The translations under genes and the position numbers were made by a program. From a virus (Duplodnaviria > Caudoviricetes), in IMG/VR virus record IMGVR_UViG_3300046010_000337, positions 1 to 35,207 of that record: DNA of 35,207 nt. One strand, written 5' to 3'. This document shows positions 8,488 through 17,361 of this stretch, piece by piece (position 1 is the first letter of the stretch; each line of letters begins with the position of its first letter). The notes beneath the pieces were generated by a model, which saw only the letters and a program-made list of their open reading frames with translations, did no database searches and was not told where the DNA came from.

Positions 8488-9405
8488 ATGGCATCCCCAA
8501 TGCGTAGTACGGACTTTCGGAGTATTGTTGAGCCTATCCTCAACGAGTGCTTCGACGGAGTCTATGACCAACGTGCCGACGAATGGAGCCGCGTGTTCCG
8601 TCAACAAGAAGGCATTCCCCGCAACTACCACGAAGAACCTGTCCTGTACGGTTTTGGCGCGGCTCCCCAACTGCCTGATGGCACTCCGGTGACCTATCAG
8701 CAGGGCGGTGTGCTGTTCCTCAAGCGTTATGTGTACAGCGTCTATGGTCTGGCGTTCGCGCTGACCAAAGTGCTGGTTGAGGACGGCGATCACATCCGCA
8801 TCGGTCAGGTGTATGCAAAGCATCTGGCTCAGTCGCTGATTGAGACCAAGGAAACCCTGTGCGCCAACGTGCTGAACAACGCCTTCACTGGCGGTGCTTT
8901 TGCTGGCGGCGACGGTGTTGCTTTGAACTCTTCTAGCCACCCCATCGTCAATGGCACCTTCAGCAACCTGCTGACCACTGCCGCGAACCTGTCGCAGACC
9001 TCCTTGGAGCAGATGCTGATTCAGATTCGTCAAGCTGTGGACAACAACGGCAAGAAGATTCGTCTGGTTCCCCGCCAACTGGTGGTGGCTCCTGGCAACG
9101 TCTTCCAGGCCGAGGTTCTGCTGAAATCCGTGCTGCGTTCTGGCAACGCCAACAACGACATTAACCCTGTGAAGTCGATTGGCCTGCTGGACGAAGGCGC
9201 TGCTGTGATCTCTCGTCTGACCTCGCCCACCGCATGGTGGGTTCAGACTGACGCACCTGAAGGCATGAAGCTGATGATGCGCCGTGGTCTTGAGAAGACG
9301 ATGGAAGGCGACTTTGAAACTGACTCGATGCGCTACAAGGCCACCGAGCGTTACGATGTCGGCTTCACCGATCCTCGTGCCATGTACGGCACCCCCGGCG
9401 TTTAA
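8488..9405 (+). CDS. Major capsid protein (HK97 fold, Mu gpT-like)
   Basis: 305 aa with EEPVLYGFGAAP...DG..V.Y, YGLAFALT...EDG, KE...ANVLNNAF, GGDGVAL.S.SHP, LS.TSLE, P..LVV.P, LTSPTAWWV.TD, GDFETD.MRYKATERY..GF.DPR..YG.PG. Strong RBS AAGGAGG and strongly biased codon usage. Confidence 0.9.
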   Translation: MASPMRSTDFRSIVEPILNECFDGVYDQRADEWSRVFRQQEGIPRNYHEEPVLYGFGAAPQLPDGTPVTYQQGGVLFLKRYVYSVYGLAFALTKVLVEDGDHIRIGQVYAKHLAQSLIETKETLCANVLNNAFTGGAFAGGDGVALNSSSHPIVNGTFSNLLTTAANLSQTSLEQMLIQIRQAVDNNGKKIRLVPRQLVVAPGNVFQAEVLLKSVLRSGNANNDINPVKSIGLLDEGAAVISRLTSPTAWWVQTDAPEGMKLMMRRGLEKTMEGDFETDSMRYKATERYDVGFTDPRAMYGTPGV

Positions 9406-9428
9406 GCCACTGAGAACGGGAGACTATT

Positions 9429-10460
9429 ATGTCCTTGACGAACTTCCCCAACGGGATCACAAGTTTTGGCGTCCCCGTTCTCGGCACCATCGGCGGTCTG
9501 CCTTTCACTGGAAACTACTACTTCGTAGACCCAGAGAATGGCGCTGATGGTAACGAGGGCAGCGTTGAACTTCCTTTGAAAACTCTCTATGGCGCTCTTG
9601 CTAAGTGTACGGCTGGTAACAATGACGTTGTGGTTCTGATCGGTGACGGCACCGCAGCGGGTTCTGCCCGTCTGTCGACTGCTCTGGCCCAAGAGATCAC
9701 GTCTTCTGCTACCACTGGTACGCTGAACTGGAACAAAGACGCTACTCACCTTATTGGTGTGTGCGCCCCTACCGCTGTTGGACAACGTGCTCGTATTGCT
9801 CCCCCCTCGGGAACCTATACGGCTACGACCTTCAATAGCGATGCGTTCATCAACGTGACGGCAAATGGTTGCTACTTCGCAAACATCTCGGTGTTCTGCG
9901 GATTCTCAACTGGTTCTGCCAGCATGATTGCTTGGACAGACTCGGGCAATCGTAACTGCTACTCCAACGTCAACATCTACGGTATGGCTGATGCGGCTTC
10001 TGCTGCTGGTGCCAATGCTCGTACGTTGAAGTTGAACGGTGGCGGTGAACACACCTTCATTAGCTGCACTCTGGGTGGCGACACTGTTGCCCGTAGCGCA
10101 GCGAATGCAACGGTTGAGTTTGCTAGCGGCACGGCTCGTAACACGTTCCAAGACTGCATCTTCCCCTTCCAAGCGTCTGCTGCGACCCCTCTGGGCGTCA
10201 AGGTTGGTGCTGCGGCTGGGATGGATCGCTGGGCTTTGTTCAAGGGCTGCTCGTTTATCAACAACGTTGCTTCCACCTCTACGACTTTGAATGCTCTTGC
10301 GACCTTGGCAGCTTCTGCTGGCGGTCTCCTGATGATTCAAAACTCTGCGATGGTTGGAATCACCGAGTTTGGTAGCGATGCAAGCTCATTGGGTCAGATT
10401 TATGTGGACATGTCCGCTCCGTCTGCTTCGGCTGGTGGTATTGCTGTTAACCCGTCCTAA
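9429..10460 (+). CDS. Probable head decoration/fibre protein with parallel beta-helix (pectin-lyase-like) region
   Basis: YYFVDPENGADGNEGS...PLKTL..AL is the usual N-cap of right-handed beta-helix proteins. It is followed by Asn/Cys-ladder coils (NGCYFANISV, NRNCYSNVNI, EHTFISCTL, RNTFQDCIF, ALFKGCSF). Directly downstream of the MCP. Confidence 0.6.
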   Translation: MSLTNFPNGITSFGVPVLGTIGGLPFTGNYYFVDPENGADGNEGSVELPLKTLYGALAKCTAGNNDVVVLIGDGTAAGSARLSTALAQEITSSATTGTLNWNKDATHLIGVCAPTAVGQRARIAPPSGTYTATTFNSDAFINVTANGCYFANISVFCGFSTGSASMIAWTDSGNRNCYSNVNIYGMADAASAAGANARTLKLNGGGEHTFISCTLGGDTVARSAANATVEFASGTARNTFQDCIFPFQASAATPLGVKVGAAAGMDRWALFKGCSFINNVASTSTTLNALATLAASAGGLLMIQNSAMVGITEFGSDASSLGQIYVDMSAPSASAGGIAVNPS

Positions 10461-10471
10461 GGAGCTAGGCC

Positions 10472-11578
10472 ATGGCTGAGTTCAAACCAATGGTCAAAAT
10501 GATGACCACTGAGCCTTCTGTTGAGCTAAAACTCAAAAATGGCGGCAAGGTTGAGAAGAAGATGCAGATGGGCGGCCTGCCCAGTGCAGCTATGCCTGCC
10601 GGTATGCCTGCTCGTGGCGGCATGATGCCTACCAAGGCTCCCATGCGCCCGCCTCTGGCTGCTCGTCGTCGCGCTATGCGTCCTGCTATGCCCGGTGCTA
10701 TGCCCGGCGCTATGCAGGGTGGAGTTCCCGCTCCCGCATCGCCCATGCCGACGATGAAAAAAGGCGGCAAAGCCGATGCAATGGAGGCGTTGAAAAAACA
10801 CGCCGGGAAACCTGCATCGAAGGCCCACAAAGGCCTGAAAACTGGCGGTATGGCTTGCGCTACTGGTGGCGTGGTGATGGGTCAGGGCGGCTACAAGAAG
10901 GGCGGCATGGTGAAGATGGCTGGCGTTCCAAAAAGCGGCATCATCAACACCGAGAGCCAAGGCGGCAAGTACCGTGACACCCTGATGCATACCGCAGAGG
11001 GCGAGCATCACACCCCTAAGAAAACTGGCGAAGTCCGTATGGGCAACGACGGTGGCTACAAAAAGGGTGGCGGCGTCAAAAAGTTTGCCAAGGGTGGCGG
11101 CGTTGAAGGCAACGTCTCTTCGACTCCTCCCGGTGTTACCAACACCACTACGGGTGAAGTTCGCAAAGGCAATGCTGGCGGCTACAAGAAAGGTGGCTCC
11201 GCAAAAAAAGCCTACGCTACGGGGGGGCTTGTTGATACAGGCAAGCCCGTAGCGATGCCCCAAGGCCGTAAAAAGCCATCGGCTCCTGTCAGCATTAATC
11301 AACTGTCTGGCACCTTCAAAAAAGGTGGCAGCGTGAAGAAGGCTGATGGCGGTGCGGTTGTTGAAGACCTGTCAAAAGGTGCGTATGACAAGAGCATCGG
11401 CCCGTCTGAGGGAGAAATGGATATGGCGAAAGCTATTCGATCCATCCCTCGTCGGCTTTTCCGCGGAGCCAAGAGTATGCTTGGCATCAAAGATGAGACC
11501 CCTAAAGGGTCGGTCACCGAGACTCAAAAGTCTGTAACTGTGACTCCCAAGAAACGCGGTGGTTTAGCGTCATGCTGA
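10472..11578 (+). CDS. Basic low-complexity protein built from about 12 [hydrophobic/K]-[KA]-x-GG repeats; probable internal head protein
   Basis: 368 aa, K/G/M/P-rich: LKNGGKV, MQMGGLP, MKKGGKA, LKTGGMA, CATGGVV, YKKGGMV, YKKGGGV, FAKGGGV, YKKGGSA, YATGGLV, FKKGGSV, KADGGAV, KKRGGLA. RBS AAGGAG, and followed by a terminator. Confidence 0.7.
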   Translation: MAEFKPMVKMMTTEPSVELKLKNGGKVEKKMQMGGLPSAAMPAGMPARGGMMPTKAPMRPPLAARRRAMRPAMPGAMPGAMQGGVPAPASPMPTMKKGGKADAMEALKKHAGKPASKAHKGLKTGGMACATGGVVMGQGGYKKGGMVKMAGVPKSGIINTESQGGKYRDTLMHTAEGEHHTPKKTGEVRMGNDGGYKKGGGVKKFAKGGGVEGNVSSTPPGVTNTTTGEVRKGNAGGYKKGGSAKKAYATGGLVDTGKPVAMPQGRKKPSAPVSINQLSGTFKKGGSVKKADGGAVVEDLSKGAYDKSIGPSEGEMDMAKAIRSIPRRLFRGAKSMLGIKDETPKGSVTETQKSVTVTPKKRGGLASC

Positions 11579-11581
11579 AAC

Positions 11582-11612
11582 AAGGTGGGGGCTTCGGCCC
11601 CCGCTTTCCTTG
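11582..11612 (+). terminator. Rho-independent terminator closing the capsid operon
   Basis: AAGGTGGGGGC-TTCG-GCCCCCGCTTT forms a GC-rich stem with a cUUCGg tetraloop and a T-rich 3' tail (TTTCCTT), immediately after the stop at 11578. Confidence 0.8.
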
Positions 11613-11623
11613 AGGATTGAAAA

Positions 11624-12403
11624 ATGGGAACATATTCTTCCGCGACCCGTCAGGGCGCGTATGAGCCGTTTGAGTTGCAGGTGGCCCGTGGGCAAGTTGA
11701 TGGTCACAATGCCTTGTTTAAATTCGGCATTAACGGTAATGTCGGCACGTCTATCGAAACAGTTTGGGCGCAAGGTGGGACATATGCGTATCCTGCTGCC
11801 GCAACTGTTATGAAAATTTCTAGTTCCAGCGCGGATGACGCGGCTGATGGAACTGGCGCAAGAACTATTGCAATTTTTGGTCTTGATGCCAACTACAACA
11901 AAATCAACGAAACGGTGGCCTTGAACGGTGAAACTGAAGTTAACACAACTAACAGCTTTCTGCGAATTTTTCGCATGTATGTTGTTACTGCTGGTTCTGG
12001 CGCAACTGCCGCAGGTACTATTTACGCTGGTACTGGCACTGTTACTTCTGGTGTGCCTGAAAACATTTACGGCATGATTACACTTACCGCAAATCAAACG
12101 CAGATGGCGTTTTGGACAGTGCCAGCCGGTTATACCTTCTATTTGACTGGAATTTACTACTCATCTGCAAACTCAACCGCAAACGCATCGACAAACTTTC
12201 AGTTGATTGAACGCCCACTTGATGGTGTGTTTAGAATACAAAGTTCTGTGCGAACTGCCGGTAACGGAGATTTTGTGATTGATTTTCACACACCTATTTT
12301 CTTTTCTGAAAAAACAGACATTGAAATTAGGGCAGTTGCTTCAGCCGGAGCTTCAAACGTATCTGCTGAGTTTGAAGGAATCTACATCAAGAACCCGGAC
12401 TGA
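11624..12403 (+). CDS. Hypothetical beta-rich virion protein
   Basis: 259 aa (FELQVARGQV.GH....KFG.N, ISSSSADD...GTGART..I.GLD.NY...ETV.LNG, TQMAFWTVPAGYT.YL, F.EKTDIE.RA). RBS GAGGA. Confidence 0.65.
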   Translation: MGTYSSATRQGAYEPFELQVARGQVDGHNALFKFGINGNVGTSIETVWAQGGTYAYPAAATVMKISSSSADDAADGTGARTIAIFGLDANYNKINETVALNGETEVNTTNSFLRIFRMYVVTAGSGATAAGTIYAGTGTVTSGVPENIYGMITLTANQTQMAFWTVPAGYTFYLTGIYYSSANSTANASTNFQLIERPLDGVFRIQSSVRTAGNGDFVIDFHTPIFFSEKTDIEIRAVASAGASNVSAEFEGIYIKNPD

Positions 12404-12405
12404 TC

Positions 12406-12927
12406 ATGCCAAGCAAATCACTAGCCCAACATCGTTTGATGCAAGCGGCTGCCCACACTAAGGGCGGCTTTGGTGGTGTGCCACAAAAGGTCGGCAAAGA
12501 ATTTGTCAAGGCCGACAAAAAAATGAAAGATGGCGGCGTAGCTCAATCCTTGAAAAAAGCTGGTTTTTATGAGCCATCCAAAAGCAAATCTGAGCGATTG
12601 AAAATCGTCAACGATGTCACGACTAAGCCTCAACGGCTGGGCATGGTTGAGAAGATGTTTTCTGAGAAAAAAATGAAGAGCGGCGGGGTGTCTCTTGCTG
12701 TCGGTCGCGGTGAAAAGTTGCCTGTTGAGAAGGGCGCTGGGCTTACAGCCAAGGGCCGGGCGAAATACAATGCGGCAACGGGCAGCAACTTGAAGGCACC
12801 GCAGCCTCAAGGCGGCGCACGCAAGGATTCATTTTGCGCCAGGATGTCGGGTATGCCTGGGCCGATGAAAGACGAAAAGGGCAAGCCAACACGCAAGGCG
12901 GCGGCTTTAAACAGATGGAAGTGCTGA
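12406..12927 (+). CDS. Basic multi-module protein with C-terminal DUF6321-like module
   Basis: Three short modules are joined by KKMKDGGV and KKMKSGGV. The C-terminal GLTAKGRAKYN...NLKAPQP.GG.RKDSFCARM.G...D..G.PTRKA.AL.RWKC resembles DUF6321 (recalled, not searched). Confidence 0.7.
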   Translation: MPSKSLAQHRLMQAAAHTKGGFGGVPQKVGKEFVKADKKMKDGGVAQSLKKAGFYEPSKSKSERLKIVNDVTTKPQRLGMVEKMFSEKKMKSGGVSLAVGRGEKLPVEKGAGLTAKGRAKYNAATGSNLKAPQPQGGARKDSFCARMSGMPGPMKDEKGKPTRKAAALNRWKC

Positions 12928-12928
12928 T

Positions 12929-13999
12929 ATGGCCTACTCGGGAACCGTCGGAACAACTGTACTCAATGTTCAAAAATTCATTGATCATGGGGCGCGTCGG
13001 GCGGGGAAACTTGCCGAGGAACTCACTTCTGAGCAGGTTTTGAGTGCCAAGGAGTCGCTTTTCTTCCTTCTGAGCGACCTGATTAACATCGGCATTCAAT
13101 ATTGGGCCATCGAGAAGAAGGTTTATGGTCTGAAACCAGATCAATACCAGTATTTGCTGCCGCTTGGGGGAGTTGATACCCTCAATGTGCTGTATCGGCA
13201 GATGCAAAGGCCCACACCAAACTCTGATGGCGGGTATTTTTCGTCTTCTGGTGTCACGGTCAACGCATTTGACAACAATGTGGACACGATGGTGACCCAA
13301 ACTGCCCCGAACGGCAACATTGGCATCAATTTTGGTCAAAACAACGATGTTTATGCCGGTTCAATCGGCATTCTTCCTGGCGTGTCGGGTCAATTTCACA
13401 TCTTGCTCGAAGTCAGCACCGATGGAACCAACTGGACGGTGCTGGAAGACACCGGAGTGACGACCTGGGTCAACAATGAATGGCTCTGGTACGACATTGA
13501 CCCTGGCGCAACCATTCAATACTACCGGATGAGGGAAACCGGGGGCAATACGCTGGTGGTGCGCGAGTTTTATGTGGGCAACATGAGCCGTGAAATCCAG
13601 ATGTCGCGCCTGAACCGTGACGATTACACGAATCTGCCCAACAAGAACTTCACAGCGAATCAGCCGTATCAATTCTGGTTTGACCGCACGATCCCCCAGG
13701 CAACGATCTATCTGTGGCCGACACCGAGCGATCCGTTCATCCAGATGACGGTGTGGTACTCGCGCCAGATCATGGATGTTGGCGATCTGACCGACGAGAT
13801 TGAAATCCCTCAGAGATGGTATGAAGCCATCCTCAATATGCTGTCGCACAAGATGGCTCTGGAGCTTCCTGGGGTTGATACCGCCAGGATTCAGTACCTT
13901 GAGGGCCAAGCTGAAAAGCATCTGAACCGAGCAGAACAGGAAGAGCGCGACAAATCGCCAATCTATTTTGCCCCGAATATCAGCGTCTATACGAGGTAA
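12929..13999 (+). CDS. Head-tail adaptor/connector-like protein with inserted discoidin (F5/8-type)-like domain
   Basis: N-terminal helices (IDHGARRAG...AKESL..LLSDL.N.G...W), RLNRDDY.NLPNK....P.QFWFDR...IYLWPTP, and C-terminal helices (EIPQRWYEAI...L...MA.E) fit phage adaptor proteins. The central insert reads NAFDNN.DT...EVSTDGTNW...YYRMRE. Confidence 0.65.
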   Translation: MAYSGTVGTTVLNVQKFIDHGARRAGKLAEELTSEQVLSAKESLFFLLSDLINIGIQYWAIEKKVYGLKPDQYQYLLPLGGVDTLNVLYRQMQRPTPNSDGGYFSSSGVTVNAFDNNVDTMVTQTAPNGNIGINFGQNNDVYAGSIGILPGVSGQFHILLEVSTDGTNWTVLEDTGVTTWVNNEWLWYDIDPGATIQYYRMRETGGNTLVVREFYVGNMSREIQMSRLNRDDYTNLPNKNFTANQPYQFWFDRTIPQATIYLWPTPSDPFIQMTVWYSRQIMDVGDLTDEIEIPQRWYEAILNMLSHKMALELPGVDTARIQYLEGQAEKHLNRAEQEERDKSPIYFAPNISVYTR

Positions 14000-14002
14000 G
14001 TC

Positions 14003-14359
14003 ATGCCGCGTTTCCTCGACACCCTCGGCTACTCTGACATAGCGATTGCCGTATGTGATCGGTGCAAGATGAAGCGCCCCCATGCAACGCTCGGGCCTGA
14101 CAGAAACTTCCCTGGCCTGATGGTATGTCAGGAAAACTGCCGCGATGAGCTTGATCCTTATCGCTTGCCAGCTAGGAAGACGGAGCGGATCAACCTTCGA
14201 TTCCCTCGTCCTGATGTGAGCGTTGCAACCAATCCGAACGATATTCTTGGAACTGGTGGTGCCTACGGAGGGTTTGTCGTCTCCACTGAGGGCAACACTC
14301 AAACCCCACAGAACAATGGTAATCTGGACGGGCTTGAGATAACCCCGGAGCCTCAGTAA
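14003..14359 (+). CDS. Small Cys-motif (putative Zn-binding) neck protein
   Basis: AIAVCDRCKMK...GLMVCQENCRD..DPY...LRFPRPD. Coupled between the adaptor and tail fibre genes. Confidence 0.65.
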   Translation: MPRFLDTLGYSDIAIAVCDRCKMKRPHATLGPDRNFPGLMVCQENCRDELDPYRLPARKTERINLRFPRPDVSVATNPNDILGTGGAYGGFVVSTEGNTQTPQNNGNLDGLEITPEPQ

Positions 14360-17300
14360 TGCCAAACATTTCAATCAGTCAACTGCCTGCTGCACAGCCG
14401 TTGGATGGCACTGAACTCGTTCCCATTGTTCAGCAAGGCATCACTGTCAGAACAACGACATCCGCTGTCTCTGCGTCTCCAAGCCAGAGTCAGACATTTC
14501 TGACGGTCAATCAAGAGCCGACCCTACCCAACAGCAGGGCGCTGTCTGGCAACAATGGCATCACTCTGGTCGATGGCGGGGCGTTGTCTACGTTGAGCGT
14601 AGAGCTTACAGGAACGGCTCTGAGCCTTCAAAACGCTGCGGGAGGCCTACTCTATAAGGTCAGTGGGAATATTGTCCCTAGGACGCTTTTATCGGGTTCT
14701 AGCGGCATCGCCATAACCAATGGCAACGGTGTTTCTGGAAATCCTACGGTTGCTTTGAGCGGCAGGGTCTTGGACTTGCAAACCCTTGGCGGCTCAAGCG
14801 GCCTTCTGGCTTTGACCGCAGGCAGCGTGACATCTGTGGATTTGCAGGGCACGAGCGATCAGATCACTGTCTCCAGTCCTGGCGGCCCCTCGAACCCGAT
14901 CATTGGGTTAGCCAGCAACCCGATTCTTCCCGGTGTGCAAGGTGTTGTGTTGCCAAAAGGCACGACAGCAGAACGCGCTGCTCTGCCTTTTGCTGGGCAA
15001 GTTAGATACAACACGCAGACCACAAGGTTTGAGGGCTATACCACCGGATGGACGAATTTTGGAATTGGCGATGGCACCGTCACATCGGTAGACCTTGCAA
15101 GCACATCTTCTGGTCTATCGTTTTCTGGTGGGCCGATCACATCAAGCGGAACGATCACCTTGACAGGCGTTCCTACCCTTGCTGTCAATTTGCAAGGCGG
15201 GGCACTGAACAAGATTGCGTATCAGACTGCGCCTGATGCCACATCTTTTATTGACGCGCCATCGGTCAATGACACCTATTTGCGCTGGACAGGCTCCCAA
15301 TTTATATGGACGACCGTCCCCGGCAGCGGCACTGTTACGTCTGTTGGTTTGTCGCTGCCCTCAGATTTCGTGGTGACCAACTCTCCGGTAACTACGTCTG
15401 GAACGCTGACGGGAGCTTGGGCGACTCAAACGGCCAATCATTTCTTGGCATCGCCAGATGGGGCGACCGGAACTCCGAGCTTTCGCACAATTGTTGCCGC
15501 GGATGTGCCTACGCTCAATCAGAACACCACCGGACAGGCCGGATCGGTGGCTAACAGCGTCACGTTCAATTCCTCCGGAGGAGGTTCTCCAGGGTCGAGC
15601 TTCAACGGCGCTTCTGCTCTGACTGTTGACTATGCCACCGTGGGCGCCCCAAAGGCCGATGGCACGGGCGCAAGCGGCACCTGGAGCATTGATATCAGCG
15701 GCAACGCTGCAACGGCTACAACAGCCACTAGCGCGGGCACAGCAACAAGCGCCACAACTGCCACCAACATTGCCGGTGGCGCGGCAGGCTCAATTCCTTA
15801 TCAGACTGGCGGCTCGGCCACTGCGCTGCTTCCTGCTGGCTCTGGCGTTTTGGTTGGCGGCACCACTCCGTCTTACAGCACATCACCGAGCTTGACGGGT
15901 ACGAATTTTTCAAGCATCCCGAACGGGGCGCTGTCCAACAATTCCGTCACTATTGGAACGACAGCAATCAGCCTGGGGGGCACCGCAACAACGCTTGCGG
16001 GCATTCAGACCATCACGCTGACGCAAGACCCGACCACCAATCTTGATGCCGCAACCAAGCAGTATGTTGATACTTTGGTGGCTTCTGGCATTCACTTTCA
16101 CGAGCCTGTGCGAGTGGAGTCGCCAATTGCTCTGACGGTGACCTACAACAACGGCGTTGCTGGTGTTGGGGCCACGTTGACCAACGCGGGTACACAAGCC
16201 GCATTGGTGATTGATGGTGTGACTGTTGCGGTCAATGACCGTGTGTTGATCTATCAGCAGGCCAACCAGACGCAGAACGGCATCTATGTGGTAACGAATG
16301 TTGGCTCTGTATCGACCAACTGGGTGCTGACCCGCTCTTCTGATGCGAACACTTATGTCATCAACAGCGCCAACGGCTTGAGCGAAGGATCGACTGTTTT
16401 TGTGCAGCAAGGCACGATTGGCGCAGGTGATACCTACACCTGCAACACATCTGGCGTCATCGTATTCGGCACGACCAACATCACGTTTGTTCAGATTTCT
16501 TCAGCGCAGATTTATTCTGCCGGTACGGGTTTGACGCTCACGGGGACACAATTTAGCCTAACATCGCCTGTGGTGACGAGCCTGGGGGGAACTGGGCTGA
16601 CCAGCTACACCACTGGTGACATGGTGTATTACGCCACTGGCTCTGCTTTGAGCAAATTGGCTATTGGCTCATCGTCTTATGTGATGACCTCAACCGGCTC
16701 TGCCCCGCAGTGGTCAGACCCAGCCGGAATTACCGTAGGAAACGCCACCAACGCCGTCAACGCGACAACGGCGACCAATGTGGCAGGAGGCGCCGCAAAT
16801 CAGCTTTTGTACCAATCCGGCGCAGGCGCGACCACATTTGCGACTTCTCCAACGCTGTCAAACACCTATCTGTATTGGACGGGTTCTGCATTTGCGTGGG
16901 GATCGGTTACATCGGGGTCTGTGACATCGGTGGACGTTTCTGGCGGCACCACGGGTCTTACGACATCTGGAGGCCCAATCACCTCTTCTGGAACAATTAC
17001 TCTGGACGGAACGCTTGCCGTATCTCATGGCGGCACAGGTCTGACAACGTATGCGGTCGGTGATTTGGTCTATGCGAGCGCAACGACAACGTTGTCAAGA
17101 CTTGGTGTTGGCACGGTTGACTACCTGCTGACATCAAGCGGAACTTTGCCGCAATGGTCGGCTCCATCAAGCGTTACGGTTGGAACAGCCACTAATGCTG
17201 TGAATGTGGCGACGACAGCAACGGCCACAAATGCCAATTTTTTCATTCCTTTTGTTCCCGCATCAACAACAGGCAATCAAGCCCTTGGGGTTGATGCTGG

Positions 17301-17361
17301 TCTTTCCTACAATCCATCTACCAACGCAATAACGTCTGGTATTTCCGGAGGAACTTTCTGA
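14359..17361 (+). CDS. Tail fibre protein with internal repeats
   Basis: 1000 aa, G/T/S/A-rich. Features: N-terminal ISQLPAA..L.G.ELVPIVQ.G.T, TNGNGVSGNPT, LPKGTTAER...GQVRYNT...FEGY, three GTVTSV...GGPITSSGTITL-type repeats, DPT...DAATKQYVD, DRVLI..Q..Q.QNGIY.V....W.LTRSSD, and a C-terminal ISGGTF. Confidence 0.85.
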   Translation: MPNISISQLPAAQPLDGTELVPIVQQGITVRTTTSAVSASPSQSQTFLTVNQEPTLPNSRALSGNNGITLVDGGALSTLSVELTGTALSLQNAAGGLLYKVSGNIVPRTLLSGSSGIAITNGNGVSGNPTVALSGRVLDLQTLGGSSGLLALTAGSVTSVDLQGTSDQITVSSPGGPSNPIIGLASNPILPGVQGVVLPKGTTAERAALPFAGQVRYNTQTTRFEGYTTGWTNFGIGDGTVTSVDLASTSSGLSFSGGPITSSGTITLTGVPTLAVNLQGGALNKIAYQTAPDATSFIDAPSVNDTYLRWTGSQFIWTTVPGSGTVTSVGLSLPSDFVVTNSPVTTSGTLTGAWATQTANHFLASPDGATGTPSFRTIVAADVPTLNQNTTGQAGSVANSVTFNSSGGGSPGSSFNGASALTVDYATVGAPKADGTGASGTWSIDISGNAATATTATSAGTATSATTATNIAGGAAGSIPYQTGGSATALLPAGSGVLVGGTTPSYSTSPSLTGTNFSSIPNGALSNNSVTIGTTAISLGGTATTLAGIQTITLTQDPTTNLDAATKQYVDTLVASGIHFHEPVRVESPIALTVTYNNGVAGVGATLTNAGTQAALVIDGVTVAVNDRVLIYQQANQTQNGIYVVTNVGSVSTNWVLTRSSDANTYVINSANGLSEGSTVFVQQGTIGAGDTYTCNTSGVIVFGTTNITFVQISSAQIYSAGTGLTLTGTQFSLTSPVVTSLGGTGLTSYTTGDMVYYATGSALSKLAIGSSSYVMTSTGSAPQWSDPAGITVGNATNAVNATTATNVAGGAANQLLYQSGAGATTFATSPTLSNTYLYWTGSAFAWGSVTSGSVTSVDVSGGTTGLTTSGGPITSSGTITLDGTLAVSHGGTGLTTYAVGDLVYASATTTLSRLGVGTVDYLLTSSGTLPQWSAPSSVTVGTATNAVNVATTATATNANFFIPFVPASTTGNQALGVDAGLSYNPSTNAITSGISGGTF

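Noticed and set aside
10670-10720. Short tandem repeat GCTATGCCCGG[TC] as CRISPR or regulatory array
   Set aside because: It is a coding microrepeat (AMPG) without spacers.
11200-11230. A7 run followed by a G7 run as a possible programmed frameshift or phase-variation site
   Set aside because: Explained by Lys-Lys and Thr-Gly-Gly codons in an intact frame. No convincing stimulatory structure or useful alternative-frame product was seen.
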